Source: Lama guanicoe (Eukaryota). From it: a stretch of 64,000 nt of DNA. The notes beneath the pieces were generated by a model, which did no database searches, was not told where the DNA came from, and worked only from the letters and a program-made list of their open reading frames with translations. The position numbers and the translations under genes were made by a program. The stretch lies in NCBI GenBank assembly GCA_013239625.1, contig MU054220.1:4957328-5021327 (forward strand). The letters run 5' to 3'. Positions 26,373 through 37,900 of this stretch are shown here, in pieces. The first letter of the stretch is position 1. Each line of letters begins with the position of its first letter.

Positions 26373-27369
26373 TTCTTCCAGCGAATCAACACGCTGGCCA
26401 AGAGACTAGCCTGGCCATAGCTTCTAGTTAGTTATGTTGTTTTACGTGTGTCAGGGCTGCCTTCTAGCTTTTTGTGTCATTTCGCATATAAGTTCATTAT
26501 ACTTTTCGGTGTTTTCTTTAGGAAAAGGAGATGAGAATTTTGCCTGACCACTTAACTACACAGGTGTATTGCAGGAAAACAAAGAATTGCCAAACGTTTA
26601 AACATCACTTCATGCTGTGGAAGCAATGATCACAGTACTGGCTTTTTATCCCTCCTGAGACCAGCTTTTCTTAGAGGACTGAAGTGATGAGCATTAATTT
26701 CATTAAAAATATATAGTTCATTTGCTTTTTGCCTGGTACTCTGCTAGGCCCTCGGTATGGAAATCTGACCACTGAGCAGTGTGCAGTCTGTTGGGATACT
26801 GGCAAGTTAACAATTTAAATATAGGATAGTGTGGGAGTATAATGGCTCATGTATAGATGAGATCGAACAGCCAGGTGAAAGGCTTGGAGCAAAGGTGCTT
26901 TTTCGGGCAGATAAGCACTAAGTGTGAAAAGGTGAAGTCAGTGGCAGATTGTAAAGGTCTCTATTTTTAGGCATAGAAGTAAACCTTATTTTTGTTTAAA
27001 GCTACTAAATTATAACAATCAGCATTGTCTAACATTTGTGGAGTGTTTAATACATACTAGACCCTGTACACACATAGCTCCTATTAATCTTCACTAACAG
27101 GCTTAGTCTAGTTAAGTAATTTGGCCAAGACCATGTGGCTAATAAGCAGCAGAACTCAGATTTGGATTTAGAGCTACTTGACTTTAGAGCCTGAGCATGG
27201 ATGAAGGATGGTGAGGAGTTTGAAAGAAGCCCCAACATCACCTGTTTTGCCTGTCAGCAATTTCTTTGACATGCACAGGTTAACCTGTAAAGGGGTGGAA
27301 TGGTAACTTCTACAGCTTTAATGTACCACCCACCTTTATTTTCCTTAAACTATAACCCTTGTCCTTTGA

Positions 27370-27920
27370 GATCCTGTATTAGATTTTTCTATCGTTTTGC
27401 AACGAATTACATTTAGTGGTTAAACATGCACTTATTACCTCACAGTTTCCATGGGTCAAGAGTCTGGCATGGTGCGTGTGTGCTCTCTCTTACATGGCTG
27501 ATTACAAGGCTGCAATCTCACCTGAGGCTTAGGAGCCTCTTCCAAATGCCAGAATTCAGTTATTTTTCCTTATAGGACTAAAGTCCCAGTTTTCTTGCTG
27601 CCTGCTGACTGCTCTTATTCTCAATTCCAAGATCACCACCATTCCTTGCCATGTAGCTTTCTCAGCATAGCAGTTGTTCCTTCAAGGAAAGTGAGGATAT
27701 GTCTCCATCACTTGTATCTCTGATGTGATGGCTCAGGGCTCCAACAGAGTGAAAGTAGATGTCAGGCTCAGAACTGGCAGTGTCACTTCTGCATTCTGTT
27801 GATCAAAGAAAGTTAACAAGACTAGCCCAGATTAAAGGGGAAATGGAAACAAACTCATCTTGATAAGTGAAGCAGCGTTTGATTGGGTATAGAAAGAATT
27901 ATTGGCAGTCATACATGTAG
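27370..27920 (-). mobile_element. MaLR MLT1-type LTR
   Basis: tgtattagatttttctat...atttagtggttaaaca...cacagtttccatgggtcaag; cagaactggcagtgtcacttctg. Confidence 0.7.
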
Positions 27921-28859
27921 TTAATTCCTTTAATGATTTTGAATTAGTGGTCATTGAAAGGGTGGTTAGGGAGGGAGGCTGGTTATGGAAGGAAGGGCTG
28001 TGCAGGTCTCTGTATCTCCTCAACAGCTATATGCAAAGTGAAGAGGATTTTCAAAGGGGAGACAGGATACCTGAATAAAGTAATTTCATTTAGATAGTTT
28101 GCCAAATAGATCAGGCCTACTGAAGCAGGAGGACTATTTTGGATGAGACCAAGTGTCAAATCAACCCAGGATTCTAACTCACAGTGATACCCGGGCTGCT
28201 CTGAGGATAACATGATGATCAGCCGCAAAAGAATTTTCCTGATACAGACTTACCTGCCATTAATTTATTCAAATCCTTGCAGCTGTTAATACATTTGGGG
28301 AGGACAGTTTCTATGGAGTAATTGTTTTGTGACTCTTCAGCCTGTAAGTAGTTAAAGGTCATACCTACCCCCACCCCCAGCTTTTACATACAGCCAGCAT
28401 TCAGTATTCTGATTTTATGATTAATTTCAAGTTCATTCTATTCAAAACTTTAGTGAGTTTGTGCTTTTTGATCTTAAGCATCACTGTATAGCATACCAAG
28501 TTTTTGTTTTTCCTCATAGAAATACTATTTCTTCATCATTTATTTGCTCTTGTTAGTTCCTATTCTGCTTATGTTTCTTGAAGAATACAAACTGAAACTG
28601 TGTGTAGTCTGTCTAGGCTTTGCCTCAGATCTTGTCTATAATATCAGCTCTTTATGATGACCAGAATTTTACTTGATTTTCTTATTTGTGGCTATATCAG
28701 TTTCAGGGAATAAACGTACAACTTCTAGGAATAAATCTACAATTTCTTACGGTTTTGATAAATTAGTTTTCATTTGTCTAAGTTTTAGTTTCTATCACAC
28801 TTGCTACAATTAAATTCCACTTACTGTTTTCTACCCATCAGAACTGATTTGAGTTCCTC

Positions 28860-30200
28860 CTGTGGTTTCCAGAATGGGGAGAAGGGAGAGTGAGCTGAGG
28901 GAGCACACGGGTGGATGGATGGTCCTGTACCCAACTCAGGAAGAAAGACTTCCCACAGAGAGTGAAAGCTGGTATGAGCCGAAGAAAGGAATCAGCTAGA
29001 TGAGTGGGAAACGGGTAGTCAGGGAACAGCAGTCTTCTCAACAGAGGAAACATGGCCCAGTATCAGAGCATGGTGCTTTTGAGTTATTGGAAGTAGCTCA
29101 CTATCACCCTAGGTGAGAAATTTAGTTCTAGGATCGAGATTAGGAACCTAAGAGCTTCAAGAGCTCATTCTTTAGCACAGCCTGGCATTCCTAAAGCCAA
29201 GTGTTCTGCACATCTTGTTGCCTCCATTTCAAATGACTTTCCTTGAGATCTTTTACTAGGCTGGTTCCAAATCATCATCCAGGACTCAGCTCAAATTAAT
29301 TTTTTTAGAGACCTTTTCTAACCATTCTTTCCATGCTAGTTCTTACATACTAACACATTAGAATGCTTGTGTCCTTGTAACACTGCTTTCAGAAATCAGC
29401 TTATTTATTAGGCTCTGCGTAATAGAATGTAAACTCCATGAGTTTGCCTATCTCGTTCACCACTATATCCTCAGCATACAACACTGCCTTCGACTTTTTA
29501 TTGAAAGCTTACTATGTTCCAAGCATTGTTTTAAATGCTTCCAATGATCAGTAAGCAAAATGCAAAATTCCTTACCTTTGTGGCATTTTAGCCACATTAC
29601 ATTTTACCAGGGCCAGGGGGAGACCCAGTAAAAATACAGGAAAATTATATAGCATGATTAGACTAGTATGTTGAAGTTGTCAAGTGCTCCAGAGAACACA
29701 GAGTAGGGTAAGTGGGATCGGCAGTCTTGGCAGGGTAGAAAGGGGCATTGCAGTATTAAATAGGATTACTTGAGAAGGTGATCTTTGAGCAATTGAGAAT
29801 GGAGTTAAAACAAGCAGATACACGTTAGAGTGGCTAGAAGGAACAGCTAGTGGACATTCTAAGGCAGGAGTGTTTTTGCCTAGCCTGCTTGAAGCCAACT
29901 GACTGCAGCAGAGTGATGGAGAGGAAGAAAAACAGCTGAGGTCAGAAATTAAAAGCCATGGCAATGTTTTTGATTTTTATTCTAAAATGAGGAGTCATTG
30001 AACAGCTTCAAGTAGAAGAGTGGATGTTTCTTTCCTGCTGTGTTTAGAATAGGCTTTAGAGAGTCAAGTGTAATAGCTGGGAGATCTATTAGGAGGCTAT
30101 TATGAAACTCCAGGCGAGAAATGATGGACATAGAAATTTGACAGCCTTCAGCATATAGATGGTATTAGAGCCATAGGACTGGATGTGCTCACCAAGACAA
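28860..30200. mobile_element. Cluster of L2 fragments (both orientations)
   Basis: agaatgtaaactccatgag...ctcgttcaccactatatcc; ttattgaaagcttactatgttccaagcattg. Confidence 0.65.
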
Positions 30201-30635
30201 TTTAGGTAACATGTTCTGATCCATTTAAACTTCGGCTTTAGAACACTCCTAACCTTGTAATCCTTGGTGCTACTTCAGGAAGACTTTAATAAAGGCTGGT
30301 AGTCAAATTAACATGTTCTAACTTGCTTTACATATTAACTTGAGGAAGGAAATTATCTCATAATGATTTGGCAGGAATCTGATGTTTTGCTTTGATAGAA
30401 AGAACCAAATCTCTTTTTCAGAAGTGTATTAGCTTCTAAAAAGATTAAAGTTAAAGATAACTTGTAGTACTGAACTCCTTGAAGGCACAGCAGTATGTTG
30501 TCCACCTTTATATTTTCATGGTCTAACATACTGTTTGGCACGTGAAAAGCAATCAATAAATGTTTAATGAATATCCAAGAATCTGAAGTTATCATAATCA
30601 TAACACAAGACACAAAACAAAATTACAAAAGGAAA

Positions 30636-30641
30636 TTTATT
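30636..30641 (-). terminator. API5: API5 distal polyadenylation signal AATAAA
   Basis: + strand tttatt; on - strand followed by ttccttttgtaattttgttttgtgtcttgtgt (GU/U-rich downstream element). Confidence 0.75.
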
Positions 30642-31929
30642 TCAAAAGCATAAGGGAACATTTACTTTTAAACAAGGTGATAAACAGGTGTCTTGCAAAA
30701 GAAAAAAAATCCATGGCATGAAGTTTTCCGTTCAAATTTTCAAAGTAAAAATAACCCAAGTTGTGCACTATTGCCTTAGGAAAGGGATGGGGAACAGTGA
30801 GGTGGTAAAGGAACACAGTCAACTTAATATCAAACTTGAGAAAGTAAAGTCACTTCTGCTCAGCTTTGAGTTTACAAATATTAAAAAGAACAAGAGGAAA
30901 AATTACACTTAATGTTCAGATTTATATAACTGTAGTCCCAATACAGCTTCTGTACTTGAAATGGCTTTAGGCCACTGGCTGATCTGCCTCTGAGGTCCAG
31001 ACTACCTGGTCACAGTTTTCAAATGGCAATTCCATGTTCCTATGTCTGTTCAAATTCCAAGGAGCTTGGGTTCAGCTCATAGTCTTTTGGAATGTTTAGA
31101 GATTATTGCCACCACTCCATAGTCAAGCTGACCAACTTCTTTTGCTCACTTGTATCATTCTAGTCTTTAAAAAATATTTTTTCCATAAACATGTGCAGTA
31201 ATTCTAACAAGGGGTTTTGCTTTTTCCCCCCAACGTAGAGGTAACAGTAATGAAGACACCTGCATTGGAATCACAAACTCTTCCTCAAAAAATATGTCAA
31301 ACTGCTAGAAACTGTCACTCAGGCATTGGATTTGAATAGCAAACTTGGGGAGGGAAGATTAACTGTGGAACAAAAATATATGAAACATTCAAATGCAGAG
31401 CAAAGGGCCTATGCTACTAAAAATGCCCATGACATTAAACACTCCACAAACCCCCCATCTGTTGTTTTAACTAAAAGATTCTATTGGCTAACTTAGACAA
31501 TAACTTTGATTAATAACCTGAGAAGTTAAAATCTTGAAAGTGGCAAAAGCAAACTGAGAGAGCATCCCTTATTTATTGGTATACCATGTTACCAAGTCAC
31601 TTTTCTGGGGCTGCCCTGGTTATTAAATCCCCAAATTCTAAATTATTCTATCTCATCCTGTAGAAACCTATATATACATCAGATTCTGTATTTCTCCAAC
31701 AGGGATCTCCATATTTATCTTTGAAAATGCAGCCTTTGTTTATTTTTAGCTTTAAATAACAATAATCATGTAAGTGCAACTGACTCAAAAGCCCTCACTA
31801 CCGGGAGGAAAACCTAGATAACAACTGAATAACGGATTTAGCCTCAAAAGGATAATCACTGTGTCAAAGACTACCCGTTCCTGGAATTTTAAAAAATGAT
31901 TTATGTTGTGTAGTCAAGTTTCACAGCAT

Positions 31930-31996
31930 GCATATATATATATATACACACACACATACATATATGCTTATGTATGTATGTATATTATACATACAC
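31930..31996. repeat. (TA)n(CA)n compound microsatellite in the API5 3' UTR
   Basis: Directly visible. Confidence 0.9.
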
Positions 31997-32652
31997 ATTT
32001 CTATTTCAAATAGTAAGATCCCATATCTGAAAGTTTGTGTCACACATATGGAGAAGAGTTAAGTAAGCAGTGCAAAGCAACTTACTTACTTCTAAAAATG
32101 TAATGTCATTTCCACATTTTAAGAAAGCTGATCAGTATTTTGCTTTTCTGACACAATGTAGGAATGCTGTACCACTGCCTAGCTTTATTAAGTAACAATG
32201 AAAATAAAATGTATGATTGACCATTACTCTTCTCCATATGTTGACGGGAAAAAAAAAGACAAGAGGGGACAGGAAAGTCAGTAATCTTTCAAAACTGATA
32301 ACTTTACCAGTTATCAGAAACGGACTGAATTTCATTACATTTAAGATTTGAATACCTCTCAATAACAAATTATCAAGATGTTTAAAAGATTCACAATATG
32401 AAGTCTGAATAATGATACTGCAAAAACAAGTCAAGACTGCGGACAAAGCATCCAAAAATATCATTGTGGTTTTTACCTTGGACACAACCATGGTCTGTTA
32501 CAAAAGTAGATCATACATACAAAGGTATAAAGAACATTAAATTTTTAGCTGAAGGCAGCAGTCTTTTTAAAGGGATATCCCCGGCAATCCAATGAGAAGT
32601 ACAATTTTAGTATATTAAGCTCATGGCAATGCTGAAGAATGTGACATCTTGT

Positions 32653-32735
32653 TCAGTAGAGTCTTCCCCGACTACGATTTCCTCGTGCTCCCCAACCTCG
32701 GCCACCTCTACTTCCCCTGAAGGCTCCTCTCTGCT
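32653..32735 (-). CDS. API5: API5 exon 14 coding part (E)QRGAFRGSRGGRGWGARGNRSRGRLY*
   Basis: tttttcgtag|AG acceptor; RG/RGG-rich tail; TGA at 32655-32653; alternative acceptor 5 nt downstream (exon start 32730) gives ERSLQGK*. Confidence 0.96.
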
Positions 32736-34394
32736 CTACGAAAAAGCGAACAAGGGTTTAGGTCTTGTTCAGGACTTCAAGGGACAGCAAACAGAGAAGA
32801 AATGTAGCTTGCAGCTCTCAATGTAGCAGTAGGCTCTATAAAAGCAGCACTGGTATTCTGCTAGTCCATCTACAGATTCAATCTGTATATAAAGCCAGGG
32901 CATCTATATATACTAAAGCACACATGGCAAGGTACCAAATACATTCATAGTAGGGAACTCAACTAAATGTATTCCATTAACAAAGGTATTTCAAGGTGAC
33001 AATATTATAACTACATTGTTTATTTCTTTATTTTGGTGCCTATCACTGCCAAAGATAATTAATGAAGCTACAAAAATTTCTATACTGAATATGGAATTAA
33101 CAAAAAAGCCACTGGCCTTCAAAAGTCAGTAACATATATGTAAAGTATCTTAAACTATCAGTGATCAATTCTGAAAAATTAGGCTAGAATGAACCTTTCA
33201 AATGCAATGAATAGGCAATTTGTTTTGATCACCATATTTCAAAATAATATTCATATAAATGCCGACAGCTTTTCTCACTGCTTTATCAGCTATGTATGAG
33301 CTGCTCAGAGTGCTGCTTAAAAGGTGCTGTGTATATATATATGGTATTTGGATTACTGATGTAAAGGAAGCATATCTTTTGCTGAAAAATCAAGTCACTT
33401 GTGTCATATGGTAGAATGAGTCTGTGACAGAATGGGATCTGATTCAAAGTCACCTCTCATGTCAGGACACATTTTTCTAAGTTGATTGGAATGCAAAGCA
33501 TTTAAATAAAACCATCATGAGTGAACACATTAAGAAAATCAGAGGTAGTCTGTGTATAAGATGCTCCTACTCATAGATGCAATGTCTGTGGTGCATTCAG
33601 GGAGTACAGCAACCTTAATGTAGTAACTTCCTTATGCTGTAAATCCTGCATTTTTGACTGTTTAAGACGTCTGCACATTTTCCCCCAACATACTCATTAT
33701 CAAACCTTCATTTCTCAGTTAACATCAACACACTTAACAAATTAACACCCCATAGCTATTATATTAGCTATAAATTAACAAACTACTAAAATCTAACCTT
33801 TTAATTGTTTTTCAATCAATTTTAATATGAACTCAGTTACCCTCAATTGTTCAGCTATATCTAATAAGTATATTAAATACACAGTATGCAGGGATTATAT
33901 GCTGTCATTATCTTTTCTATAGTGGCTATGTCTTTTTGATCTGCAACTGATGAAGCTATTTCTGCAGGACATGGAATAATAACCAAAGTTTCTTTTTTCT
34001 TCCTCCTGAAGGGACTATTCTGCACTTTAATGCTCTTTTCAATGGTTTCAAGATTACATTACTCACACTGCTCCCGTTAAGATTATACTTTATTTTTATA
34101 TCCTAAAAAGGTAACAGTTGAAGGACACAAGTCACAAAATATAGAATTAGTACTTGTGGCTTGTGTCCTTCAACTCTGCTCTCCAAGAAGGAAAACTAAA
34201 CATGGGTATGTATTTGCAAATAATTTGATTGAAAATGTACCAGGAAGCCAAACTAAGTTGTGGGAACAAATACCATTTGATAAAGCAAACAACAGAGACA
34301 TTGGTTAGCAAAGTGATAAACCTGGATAAGGAAAAATCTCTAGCAGAAATTTTGCTCCTACTTCCCAACAGGAACAATCAGTTTAGTATGCTTT

Positions 34395-34529
34395 TTTTTT
34401 TTTTTTTTGGTGGGGGGACGTAATTAGGTTTATTTATTTATTATACTGTTTGAGGGAGGTAATGGGAATTGAACCCTGCACCTCATGCATGCAAGGCACA
34501 TGCTCTACCAGTGAGCTATACCCTCCCCC
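34395..34529 (-). mobile_element. tRNA-derived SINE (camelid Vic-1-like) with 16-bp TSD
   Basis: Minus strand GGGGGAGGGTATAGCTCACTGGTAGAGCATGTGCCTTGCATGCATGAGGTGCAGGGTTCAATTCCC (A and B boxes), poly(A) tail; TSD CAGTTTAGTATGCTTT at 34379-34394 and 34530-34545. Confidence 0.9.
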
Positions 34530-36204
34530 CAGTTTAGTATGCTTTGTAACTCAATTTATGACAAGCATTCCGATGACAAGGTTGACTTCTATAGGAATAG
34601 TAAAGTATGGTTAACACCAGACACAAAAGACAAACAGGCTTGTTTGTTCTGCCGTTGTTATTCTGAGGACTACAGAACTGAAGTGACTCCAGGATTTTTG
34701 TCTTGAGTAAAACTCATTTTTTTCACATTGATAATTTAAAAAAAACCAAACCAAACCAAAAAACCCACATACAGCCTAAAGCTTTGCATTTTTCACATGT
34801 CTTTTCCACGTGCATTCATTATATCATCTGATTCTTGCTATCAGGCAGGCAATGAATTTCACGGGGCTGAATCCTCATGGAAACTCAGTAACTGACCTGC
34901 CTAAGTGAAAATGAAGACAATTCGCTATGTATTGCCATAGCTCCGATTACTTTCATTTAAGTCAAATGAAGATAGTATCTGAGAGAGTAATTGATTTTAA
35001 GCCTGATTTTGACAGACACCACATTAAATCATACAAGTGACAGAGGACATTTAGTGCAATGAAGTAACAAAAAATCCCTTCCATTTACAAAATGCCTTCA
35101 CAAATAGTCTTTTTTTAAGTTTTTACTCTCTATGCTATCCCTATTTTTCAGGTAAGAGAAGAGGCTAAGAGATGCACATTTACCTATTATGTAAGTAAAA
35201 GAGTTCAGTGATCTTTTCTACACTAAAGTTGCCTCAAAGAGTCCAACTGGAGTAGAAGGGTTTATTTCACGATCTAAAATTGCCTTTCTCCAGTCTGTTT
35301 GCTCAGATATTAGAGGAATTTAGCTATCGTAGGAGGCATTTGCTTAATGTCAACAATCATCTCACTACGGAAACAATTATAGAGAGTATATGCTTCAGAG
35401 TGCAATTTTTTGGGAATAATTACTGTTGAATTAATTCTAATTGGTAATCAAGACCAATCATAAGCATGTTTGGTTCCTAATATTAAACTTTGTCTTATTA
35501 AGATTAAGAATCTTAGTCAGTGATATTTTTATCCATTCTTCTTTAAAATGATCTATGAGGACATAAGCCAATGAGCCAAACTTCACTTCTGATTCAACAG
35601 CCCTGGGACAGACTGCACTAGTGGGAAGCTCTCCTGGCACTAATGGCTAAACTGAAAGGAGGACTGCACTCTGGGCAGCGGAGGAGCCTGCAACAGGACA
35701 CATCTTCCTTGTTAGACGATGCTTTAACATCTGACTCCACCTTCTATGACTTTTCCTTTGAAGTAGTACAGAAGATGGGAGGACAAGCAGTAGGCTGACA
35801 AGGTCCAAGAAGGATCATTAATACCACATCTGCCAGAAGCTATATCCATCCTTGAGGGAATTGTACCAAATGTCTTGCCTTGAAACTAAAACAAAGAAAA
35901 CCTGGAATGGATGGTTCATGTCACCTTCCTTTGTTGGTTTTATTTTTCCCCCTGTTGGCTCCTCTGAATGTAAGAGGCATATTTTTCTTTTTTAAGTTTT
36001 TAGTGAGTGTTACATGCTCAATTCAGTCAGCCCACAAGGGTGGGTTAGAAAGAAATAAGCCCCCAACAATTCAAATTCCCCAAGCTAACTCAAAAAGTCA
36101 CCTGAAAGAGCTATGATCCTCTTTTCAATTAGTAATTAAAATCAAACACAACACAATTTCTGCCTAGTCTCTCATACTGCTTGTACCCAAACGGAAACGC
36201 TCAC

Positions 36205-36341
36205 CATAATTAAAGTTGCCCAAATTGCTGCTATATTTCCCACTAGGAGGATTATAAATCTGCCTGGCATCCCTTTTTGGTCCTGCTGAAGATTTCTTGG
36301 GTGGTGAACCTGAAGTTGTATCTTCACTGGCTCTCTTTTGC
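36205..36341 (-). CDS. API5: API5 exon 13 QKRASEDTTSGSPPKKSSAGPKRDARQIYNPPSGKYSSNLGNFNY
   Basis: tatag|GCAA ... TATG|GTGAGC; 137 nt; basic NLS region. Confidence 0.97.
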
Positions 36342-36867
36342 CTATAATGGGAGGAAGAACAGCAATAAAAAAAAATTCTTTTATATCAGAGGCTATCAAT
36401 ATATTTATAATTTATCATACAGGTTACGAAAGACATCCTAAAGATGAAAGTCACATCAGAAAAAAAGGAGTAACATTCTAATGTCATCAAATTAACTGCT
36501 TTTGTAATGCAGACACTGTCAGAGAGCCATTTACAAGGCTTTAAAACAATCTGAAATACATAGCTTCGCAGATTATGTACAAGTGACTTATTTTATAAAA
36601 CTTGTCAGAAAAGTCTAGTTATGCCATAGGAATAAAAATTAGCCTAAAAACTCCACAGTTGTATTCCATCAGTTTATTTTATAAATACTAGATTCAACTT
36701 TATATCTTAAGGCATGTTTCTAATAGTCATATTTTAACATCTTATTAAGAATTATTTAACTAACAATGTACCATTTTATACAGGAAATGTAATATCTGAA
36801 TTCTGATTTTTCATATTTATAAGTCAAATATTAGAACACTTTAATCCCCTTTAAATATGTTTCTCAC

Positions 36868-36944
36868 CCAAGTTCAACCTTCTGTACAGGTTTCCAGGAT
36901 AATGTTACTGTGCTCTTGTAAGAAGGAGGAATGTGGAAGAGATC
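36868..36944 (-). CDS. API5: API5 exon 12 DLFHIPPSYKSTVTLSWKPVQKVEL(G)
   Basis: ttttag|GAT ... TTGG|GTGAGA; 77 nt. Confidence 0.97.
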
Positions 36945-37868
36945 CTAAAAAGACAAAATTAGAGATTTCTAATCTATTTGGTGGTGTGGGCAGTGGTAGT
37001 TAAGGGTGGGAAACAGGGAGACACATCTCAGTTTTAGGAGAGGAAACTAATTTATCCTTCTTGCTTTTGTGCTGGTGACTAAAATAATGACCTAAAAAAA
37101 CTGCAAGAGAAAAGTAAACATGGACAATTTTGTTTACAAATTACATCTATTACCTCATTAATGTTATTTTGTGCACATCACTAAGAAGCTGCAGCTAAGT
37201 TTTTTCTAAATGTCATTTCAAGTTACCAGACAAAATATCAGTATTTATCAACTATAATAAACAAAGTGCTCAAGTATTTTCTTCTGCACAGATGCAGTCG
37301 CTGACATGCTTTAAGGAAAATACAATGGTGCAATCTTCATTTGCTTCTGCAGATTTTTAAGTGGTTCAAAGTTAGAACAAAACTAAAGGTCTGGCTAATC
37401 ATGTTTTTTTCTTCCCTGCAAATATCTGCATATTACTAATAAGGAAAAAACTCACAAGATTTAAATACTAAATTATTAATATATGGTAATGCAAATGTTT
37501 GCTGAATTTAAACCTTAAAATAATTCAGAACTGAAATAATCTAACCTCATAATATCCTCGAAACTATATCCTCAAAAATATACTTAGGAACGAATTCCTA
37601 AATATATTTGTTCTTGGTATTTTACGTAATATTTCTTATCAGCTTTACTCTAATTTTTATATACAAGTAAAATGTGATAAAATTAAACTGAGTTTCTTTC
37701 ACAGTTAAAATGAATATACAAATAAAAATCACCTTAGTATATAAAATTTAAATCAAGGGTACCAGATAAATGCAAGGAATTAGCCAATATAAACTCCTTT
37801 GAAGCAAAAATGTGTGCAGTTTCTAGCTGTAGTGATTTAGCATATATGTTATTAATTAAGAAAGTGTC

Positions 37869-37900
37869 AGTCCTGGGTTCAATCTCCAGTACCTCCACTA
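37869..37900 (+). mobile_element. Severely truncated Vic-1-like SINE fragment
   Basis: gtcctgggttcaatctccagtacctcc matches the B-box half; flanked by AAAGTGTC at 37861-37868 and 37901-37908. Confidence 0.7.

Larger units (their letters stand above)
30620..32652 (-). other. API5: API5 3' UTR (~2 kb)
   Basis: AT-rich and free of interspersed repeats, follows the stop codon and ends at an AATAAA with a GU/U-rich downstream element. Confidence 0.8.

Noticed and set aside
34455..34529. tRNA gene
   Set aside because: The tRNA-like head has an A-rich tail and TSDs, so it is a SINE
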